From the IMG/VR virus record IMGVR_UViG_3300011008_000999: a stretch of DNA of 64,000 nt; one strand, 5' to 3'. Both the position numbers and the translations under genes were made by a program. Every line of letters starts with the position of its first letter. The first letter of the stretch is position 1. Shown here piece by piece: positions 57,902 to 64,000 of this stretch. The notes beneath the pieces are model-generated. The model was given only the letters and a program-made list of their open reading frames with translations. It made no database searches and was not told the origin of the DNA. This stretch comes from a virus. Lineage: Duplodnaviria > Caudoviricetes.

Positions 57902-57933
57902 AAAAAAAGAGACCTCAGAAAACCTAAGGTCTC
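57902..57933 (-). terminator. intrinsic terminator
   Basis: GAGACCT...AGGTCTC with U-tract on the minus strand. Confidence 0.7.
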
Positions 57934-57954
57934 AATAATCTCAAATTTAATTAT

Positions 57955-58680
57955 TTACTTTTTCTCTTCACCACATTCTGTGCATCTTTCAACTGTATGA
58001 GGTACCTGAACTTCGACTTCTTCATCGTATGCAGCAATTGTTTCTGTATGAGTCTGCGCTTCGTGGTGGATTATCTGCGTTTCTGTGGTGTAGGTAGTTT
58101 CATCATAAGCCGTCTGATCAACTACTGTTTCATCCCAAGCATCACTTATCTTTCCATAAATTGTACCATTGGAAGATGTGCCGCCATGACATACAGGGCA
58201 ATCAAAATAATAGACCGGTTCAAAATGTCCGCAGTCACATTGAAAACCAGACGCTTCAATATTACCCCACTGTTCTTCATGATGCACAACGTGCGTAACG
58301 GCTTCATGGTGTGTTATATGAGGAACCTGTATTTTTACTTCCTCATCCCACGCTTCTTTATCAACTATAGTTTTTGTTTCTTCATCATGGTGAACCAGCT
58401 GTATTTCTGTAGTATATTCAGTTACTGTTTCCCATGTATGCTCACATGTATTCTCTTTATCGGTCTGTGTTGTTTCGTTAGGCGCCTCTTCTTTTTTCGA
58501 AGTCTGTGTTGTTGCATCAGTTGTCTCAGAAGATCCATCCTCTTCAACCATCTGCTCAATCTGTGTAGGATTTGTAAGAGGATCATTTGAAGTTGTCGCC
58601 TGATGTGCTCCGCATCCAGTTAAAATTCCAAGTGAAATTGCTGTAACTACTGTAAATGTAACGATAAGATTCTTTTTCAT
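57955..58680 (-). CDS. lipoprotein with His-rich HH(D/E)...A(W/Y)DE repeats and Cys pairs
   Basis: lipobox LTGC; CEH, CDCG, CPVC, CTECG. Confidence 0.8.
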   Translation of the reverse strand: MKKNLIVTFTVVTAISLGILTGCGAHQATTSNDPLTNPTQIEQMVEEDGSSETTDATTQTSKKEEAPNETTQTDKENTCEHTWETVTEYTTEIQLVHHDEETKTIVDKEAWDEEVKIQVPHITHHEAVTHVVHHEEQWGNIEASGFQCDCGHFEPVYYFDCPVCHGGTSSNGTIYGKISDAWDETVVDQTAYDETTYTTETQIIHHEAQTHTETIAAYDEEVEVQVPHTVERCTECGEEKK

Positions 58681-58764
58681 GGTAAATACCTCCGTTTTTT
58701 GATATAAGTTAAAACTAACATTTCAGTTAGTTTGATTTGAAAATATTTTATATTTTTTAATTAT

Positions 58765-58927
58765 ATTATAACAAGTTTCTATTAAAATGTAAATAGTTTT
58801 TTGAAACTTTTCGAAAATTTTTATAAAATATTTTCTTTCTTCTAATCAAATATTTTCGATTTACCCTTTCGAAATATCTGATTTATTATGAGTATATTAT
58901 AACAAGAATTTTTGTATTTGTAAATAG
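58765..58927 (-). promoter_or_regulatory. two tandem sigma-A promoters with A/T-rich UP-like elements
   Basis: TTTACA-17-TATAAT at 58765-58793 and at 58896-58924. Confidence 0.75.
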
Positions 58928-58991
58928 TTTTTTGAAAAAGTTGAAAAATTTTTTCTAAAATTTTTTATACTGTATTTAATTTTTTCTACTT

Positions 58992-59715
58992 TTACTTAAC
59001 TAATACTGGAACAGTATTTCCGAAGTACTCAAAGAGTGTATTGATCTCATCATCAGTAAACTGAGCTACGTTATAGAATATTACATCAACTACAACATCA
59101 TCAACTTCGTATTCAACTATATAAGTAACATCTACATAGTCATATGGATATGCCTGAGAAATAGTATAAATAGTATTGGTATAAGTGGTATTTTCTTCAA
59201 CTGTTACATTAATAGTATTTCCATTGGCGTCTTCATATGAAGTATTTGTCTTATACCATGAAATTGTTTTTTCAGGATTAACTGAATACTGAACATTTGC
59301 ACCAAAAATATTAGGCTCAGCAGTAGTGAACAGTGTCAAAGTATTACAATCCTTCGCATAATCTGCATAGGTATAATTTGTATACATATCAGCATCAGCG
59401 AAAAAATTCAGATCCGCATTTTCTGCGATATATACTTCTTTATCACCTGCAGTAAGAGGATAATCTGCTAAATATCCAGTAAGATCAACTTCTCCGCTCT
59501 CCGGATTTTCTTCTGATCTTAAATCTGGAGTATCGAGTTTTTCAGGTGCTTCGGTAAGTTCAACAGTTTCAGTAGGTTCAACTGTTTCGGTAGGCTGTTC
59601 CGCAACTACGGTAGGCTCATTAGATGTTTCTGACTTTTCGCTCGTCTTTCCGCATCCAACGAGTGTGGTTAAGGTAAGTGCGGATATTGTGAAGATTGTG
59701 AGTAACTTTTTTCAT
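58992..59715 (-). pseudogene. lipoprotein (240 aa if restored) with a +1 frameshift in the A6 run after the ATG
   Basis: GAAAGGA SD and ATG at 59715; deleting one A gives MKKLLTIFTISALTLTTLVGCG... in frame with 58992..59387. Confidence 0.8.
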
Positions 59716-59758
59716 ATGATTTTTCCTTTCATATAAATATTATTTATTTTATGGTTAT

Positions 59759-59980
59759 ATTATAACACGATATAGTTTAATTGTAAATAGTTTTTTCAAA
59801 AAATTAAAAAATTTTTGAAAAAAATTTTTAAGATCTTTTATTTAATTGTACTATTTACTTTTTCTCTAATATCTTGTCCTCCTCTATATCGTTTAATCAA
59901 CTTAGATTTTCGTTTACCCAGACGAATCTCTTTATTGATTATGATATAATTATATCACAAGAGTTGATATTTGTAAATAG
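59759..59980 (-). promoter_or_regulatory. two tandem sigma-A promoters
   Basis: TTTACA-17-TATAAT at 59759-59787 and at 59949-59977. Confidence 0.75.
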
Positions 59981-60013
59981 CAAAATTAAAAAATTTTATA
60001 TTTTTATAAAAAC

Positions 60014-60049
60014 AAAAGCGAGCAGACTTTATTATATCTACTCGCTTTT
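60014..60049. terminator. intrinsic terminator
   Basis: AAAAGCGAG...CTCGCTTTT. Confidence 0.7.
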
Positions 60050-60122
60050 AGTAATTTTCACACTCAAAGAATCGTACTTCGCTCAATTATTAGAGTTTCC
60101 GTACAATTCCAAGTTAAATTGG

Positions 60123-60878
60123 CTAGAACCATTTATCCTTTAGCACATCATCAGGATCTTTACCTACAATATCGTAGTCAGGAAGAAGTAGAACTTTATT
60201 ATCAGGTGTGATAGTAAATCTACCTACTTTCATTCGATCTACGATTGGGTTAGATTTCCTGCTATTTTTCGCTTTTTCAAAATATTCCATCCATAATGTC
60301 TTCTTACTATACTCAGTACCTGTACTATTGAATATGTCATCATCAGTCAATTCTCTAGGTTCCTGTGGAGGAATATCCGATTGAAGAACTGTACTAATAT
60401 CTTCATCATCAGGTGGAGTATAAGTAGGAATAACTTCCTGCTGTCGCTGTACAATAGGTTTTTGTACTTGAACCTGTTGCTGAGGCTGTTGAACTACTTG
60501 TGGTTGTTCAATTTGCTCAACTGGCTTTGATACAGGCTGAAGTTTAGGTTTATCAGGTTCTCTATTTACTGGTTGTAAAATAGATTGCTGAGGTTTTTGC
60601 TGTACAGGTTGAAGAACTTGCTGTTGTACTGGTTGTGTTTGCTGAACTGGTGCAACAGATTCTGCAGGTTTTTGTTTGATTTTTAACTTAATTACCTTAG
60701 GTGTAGGATCTAAAACTGCACTTTCAGGCGGAATTATTTTTATGCACTGATTCTCAGGCGGAATAACTCTAATAGAAGGCTGAGGCGGAGTACTATATAC
60801 AATATCCTGTTCTTGCAGTGATTGTATAAAGTCTTGTAATGCCATAGTTTGCAATCTCCTATCTTTGTGCGATATCAA
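60123..60878 (-). CDS. Gln/Pro-rich hypothetical protein (likely start MALQ at about 60846)
   Basis: AGGAG SD before the internal ATG. Confidence 0.7.
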   Translation of the reverse strand: MISHKDRRLQTMALQDFIQSLQEQDIVYSTPPQPSIRVIPPENQCIKIIPPESAVLDPTPKVIKLKIKQKPAESVAPVQQTQPVQQQVLQPVQQKPQQSILQPVNREPDKPKLQPVSKPVEQIEQPQVVQQPQQQVQVQKPIVQRQQEVIPTYTPPDDEDISTVLQSDIPPQEPRELTDDDIFNSTGTEYSKKTLWMEYFEKAKNSRKSNPIVDRMKVGRFTITPDNKVLLLPDYDIVGKDPDDVLKDKWF

Positions 60879-60989
60879 AAGATTCTCCTAGAAAATTAAC
60901 TGAATCTAAACATTATGTGAACGATCCATTAGTGTTAACATCTAGAAGAATCTTTGTTTTCATTCATTTAGTTTTCTAAATGCCTATCT

Positions 60990-61346
60990 TTATTTAAGAA
61001 TAACGTTGGCTTCGTTATTCACAGTATTGATTACCTTATTTCCAATTGACTCAGCCTTGTGTCCAAGGTCACTGTAGTTAACCGCAAGGAAAATAAGACC
61101 AATTATAAGAATAAGGAATAATGCCTTACCAATAATCTTAAAGATAGATGACGAACCCTGACCTTTTGCAAATTCTACACCATCTTTAACGAGAGAGTAG
61201 ATAAGGAAAAGTGCAACAAGACCACCACCAATACCTGCACCCCAAGCAACGGCATTGCTCATGAAAGAGGTACCTCCATCACCATCAGCAAAAGCCATTA
61301 CAAAAGGCAAATATTTAGCAATAGCGGCTACAAATGCTGTAATCAT
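60990..61346 (-). CDS. TcpD/VirB2 pilin-like small membrane protein
   Basis: leader ending AFA, two hydrophobic helices joined by a short charged loop. Confidence 0.5.
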   Translation of the reverse strand: MITAFVAAIAKYLPFVMAFADGDGGTSFMSNAVAWGAGIGGGLVALFLIYSLVKDGVEFAKGQGSSSIFKIIGKALFLILIIGLIFLAVNYSDLGHKAESIGNKVINTVNNEANVILK

Positions 61347-61363
61347 CTTTCAAATCCTCCTTT

Positions 61364-61861
61364 TTAGAATTTACTATACATGTAATCAAAGATCATTGCC
61401 ATAGACTTGTCATCAAACCTACTGATCTTATAATTACGTTTCTTAAGATCATCAATCAAGTCCTTGGCTACCTGATCAAATACTGGATTTGACGCATTGT
61501 CTTTTGTTTCAACAACTGTCTTAACGCTAGTATCTTCAGATTTATTTCTGCGTTCGTATTTGCGCTTAGGTTTGTTGTTATTATTAAATAGCTCTTCAGA
61601 TTCCTCAGAAGGCTTCTCAGGAGTTTCTGGAATATCAATCTCACCTTCTAAATTATCATCTTCTGTATTTAATTGTTCATCGTCATCAAGAGTTACTTCT
61701 TCAACTAAGTGACTCATCTGACTTTTAGCTGCAAGAGACATACTATCAAGAAACTCATCAGTAGAAACAGAATCCATCTGCTCTTCAAGAGTATATTCTC
61801 TCTCTTCTGACGGAGTATTTAACTTACTAAGTCTATCTAAAGCATTTTCGTTCTCTGCCAT
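61364..61861 (-). CDS. acidic hypothetical protein
   Basis: ORF with GGAGG SD. Confidence 0.7.
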   Translation of the reverse strand: MAENENALDRLSKLNTPSEEREYTLEEQMDSVSTDEFLDSMSLAAKSQMSHLVEEVTLDDDEQLNTEDDNLEGEIDIPETPEKPSEESEELFNNNNKPKRKYERRNKSEDTSVKTVVETKDNASNPVFDQVAKDLIDDLKKRNYKISRFDDKSMAMIFDYMYSKF

Positions 61862-61872
61862 ATTGCACCTCC

Positions 61873-62460
61873 TTACTGTGGCTTCTTAGGCAATTTAAGA
61901 TTTATTTTAGGTTTTGCCGGAGCAGTAGGCTGCTGATATGACTGCTGCTGTTGAGCCAATTTCATGTCTGCAACTGACTCACTATCATAATTACCAGTTA
62001 TAGAACCTATCCTGCCTAACATAGTAAATCCTTCTTCTGCAGAAATATCTGGCACTTCCATAAGAGACATCTGCATCTTCAGCTGACTAAGTTCACTCTG
62101 AACAGCTTTAAGTTTGTTCTGAGTATCATTTAATTCTTCTGAAAATTGTTTATTCTCTTTTGTAAGATCAGATACTTCTTTCTGAAGTCCTGCAATAATA
62201 GGATCTACGTCTTCAGGATAATATCCATAAGGACTGGACACCCTAATACCTAAATCTTTTGCTAACTGAGAAAGTTCATGTTCAATCTTAGAACCACGTC
62301 TGTCTTTCTTCTGCTTAGGCTCCTTTTCTTTAGGAGCCTTAGGCTGTTTAACAGGTTTTTCTTTTACTGGTTTCTCTTTAGCCGGTTTTTCGGTTTTAGG
62401 TGCGCTATTATCCTTTTTAAACATATTACAGCACCTCCACGTATTCTTGAATATCCTCAT
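61873..62460 (-). CDS. DivIVA-domain coiled-coil protein (likely start MFKK at about 62424)
   Basis: GYYPEDVDPII followed by a heptad coiled coil. Confidence 0.6.
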   Translation of the reverse strand: MRIFKNTWRCCNMFKKDNSAPKTEKPAKEKPVKEKPVKQPKAPKEKEPKQKKDRRGSKIEHELSQLAKDLGIRVSSPYGYYPEDVDPIIAGLQKEVSDLTKENKQFSEELNDTQNKLKAVQSELSQLKMQMSLMEVPDISAEEGFTMLGRIGSITGNYDSESVADMKLAQQQQSYQQPTAPAKPKINLKLPKKPQ

Positions 62461-62767
62461 TAAATCTGATTCTTACAATCTTTTCTGCACAAAGAATTTT
62501 ATTGTACACAACTTTATTACTAGATGTGACGTACTGTTCAGAGTCTATTTTTCCATAGACTCTGATCATTGCGCCTTGCTGAAGAATATCTTCTAATCTT
62601 TCATCTACTTCACCAGGATAGATTACTCTAATATAAGTAAATCTATTCTTGACTGTATTGTCCATACAAGTATACTTACCTGTGATGGCTGACACATTGA
62701 AATTTGCTATCTCTTCAAAGAGTTTCACATCTTTTTGGACACAGCAATCTAAAATTACTTTATTCAT
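62426..62767 (-). CDS. single-stranded DNA-binding (OB-fold)-like protein
   Basis: MNKVIL...LQQGAMIRVYGKIDSEQY...ILCAEKI; no acidic tail. Confidence 0.65.
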   Translation of the reverse strand: MNKVILDCCVQKDVKLFEEIANFNVSAITGKYTCMDNTVKNRFTYIRVIYPGEVDERLEDILQQGAMIRVYGKIDSEQYVTSSNKVVYNKILCAEKIVRIRFNEDIQEYVEVL

Positions 62768-62778
62768 ACGCTATCTCC

Positions 62779-64000
62779 TTAAAATGCGATAATCTGATTG
62801 AGCTGCTCTGTAATTTCATCATTAGTATCAATAGTAATCCACTGCTGGTACCACTGAACCTGCTTAATTACTTTATCAATCTGTCCAAACTGTGCTACAA
62901 TAGGAACATACTTATTGATGTTCTGTTCAACAATCTTATTAATGTCATCATCGTCCTTATCAATACGAGTAAGAACTACTCCGATCTTTTCAAGAATGTT
63001 ATCACCAGGTCTAAAAGTATTATTCTGTCTTGTACCAGATAAAGTCTTAAACTGTTTAATAACAGACTTAACAGCATTAATTGAAGGGTTACATGTGATA
63101 ATGATCTTATCAGCAATCTTATAAAGATTACTAATAGGAAGCTTACCAATATAATCAATACCACTATCAAAGAAGACTACATCGTAATTCTTAATGAGTT
63201 TATCGAAAATATCAGTCCAGAACTCATTATCGTTCGTAATCGTAGGAATATCCTGCGAAGGTGCAAGATAAAAGTCAATATTAGGACTAAAGTGATCAGA
63301 CTTAACCTTACAGTTTTCAAGATAACTAAAGTCTTTACGCTCATTTCTATAAAGCTTGTAGTAATCCTGCATGGTAGGTGTAAGTTTGTTGATAGTAATA
63401 CCAACCTGACCATCAATAATATCAAAGTCTGCTAATGCAATTCTCTCAGTTGGATGAGTCTTAGCGTACCAATAAGCACTAATCAAACAAGTGAAAGTCT
63501 TACCAGTACCACCTTTAGAAGATCCAAATAAGATAACTTTTGCAGGAGCAGCTTTTCTACTTCTACTTCTATCACCTGCATCATAATCATCATACTGAAG
63601 CATATTACCTAAACTTGTCTGCATCTGCTGCTGTGTAAGCTGCTGCATCTGTGACTGAGTCATAGGCTTAGGCTGTGCCTGAGGCTGTACAGGAGGAGCT
63701 TGCTGTACCTGAGGCTGATAAACAGGCTGCTGATACATTTGCTGATCCTGGTATGGATTCTGATAAGGTTGCTGATATGGCTGCTGATACTGCTGAGGCT
63801 GAGGTGCAACTGGTTGCTGCATCTGAGGCATCGGCTGAATCTGCTGCGTTTGTGGTTGCACAGGTTCTGGCTGAACATAAGGTTCAGGTTCTGGCTCCTC
63901 ATTAAACTCAGGTTCTGGTTCAGGTACATAAGTAGAATATACTTTAATTTCCTGAGTAATAGTAAATGTAGGAGCTGGACGATCATCAAATCTGTAGTAG
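62779..64000 (-). CDS. ParA/MinD-family ATPase with Gln/Pro-rich linker; 5' end lies beyond the window
   Basis: deviant Walker A SKGGTGKT, LADFD, YDVVFFDS; frame is open to 64000. Confidence 0.85.
   Translation of the reverse strand, partial: YYRFDDRPAPTFTITQEIKVYSTYVPEPEPEFNEEPEPEPYVQPEPVQPQTQQIQPMPQMQQPVAPQPQQYQQPYQQPYQNPYQDQQMYQQPVYQPQVQQAPPVQPQAQPKPMTQSQMQQLTQQQMQTSLGNMLQYDDYDAGDRSRSRKAAPAKVILFGSSKGGTGKTFTCLISAYWYAKTHPTERIALADFDIIDGQVGITINKLTPTMQDYYKLYRNERKDFSYLENCKVKSDHFSPNIDFYLAPSQDIPTITNDNEFWTDIFDKLIKNYDVVFFDSGIDYIGKLPISNLYKIADKIIITCNPSINAVKSVIKQFKTLSGTRQNNTFRPGDNILEKIGVVLTRIDKDDDDINKIVEQNINKYVPIVAQFGQIDKVIKQVQWYQQWITIDTNDEITEQLNQIIAF

Noticed and set aside
58690-60050. CRISPR array, iterons or ssDNA (Frpo-type) promoters
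   Set aside because: The repeats resolve into -35/-10 boxes with irregular spacing, and the inverted repeats do not pair both boxes.
1-64000. tRNA, rRNA, reverse transcriptase (DGR/retron) or virion structural genes
   Set aside because: No supporting motifs were seen by eye; the repeat pairs differ synonymously and not in an adenine-specific way.

Overview
AT-rich window in which essentially all real genes lie on the minus strand, densely packed with strong Shine-Dalgarno sites. It reads as part of a very large Firmicutes (probably Clostridia-type) extrachromosomal element, either a conjugative megaplasmid or a phage-plasmid/jumbo-phage-like replicon. No virion genes are visible in the window. 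Right half (about 21.7-64 kb): a divergent Gram-positive conjugation and surface module (ParA/MinD ATPase, SSB, DivIVA-like, TcpD/pilin-like, a 4378-aa sortase-anchored adhesin with a subtilase domain, TcpC/VirB8-like, C39-like peptidase, VirB6-like, Ig-domain paralogues, Replic_Relax nuclease, signal peptidase I, VirD4-like ATPase), plus a CCA-adding enzyme. Left half: anaerobic ribonucleotide reductase nrdD (with a group I intron) and nrdG, a WGR-PARP protein, a UbiB/ABC1 kinase with one in-frame stop, an intein-interrupted FtsK/TcpA-like gene, an IS605 (tnpA+tnpB) element and many small leading-region-like genes. The most striking signal is a family of three related Vsr-like endonuclease genes. 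Each appears inserted at the end or start of a target gene and carries a recoded duplicate of that gene terminus, so the target is restored without splicing (clear in two cases, weaker in the third). One such duplicate also shows that the FtsK-like gene ends in a conserved 10-15 aa split-intein N-fragment, five residues after a Pro-start/Gln-end cis intein inside the same Walker A loop. All calls are by manual motif reading; no database searches were run.
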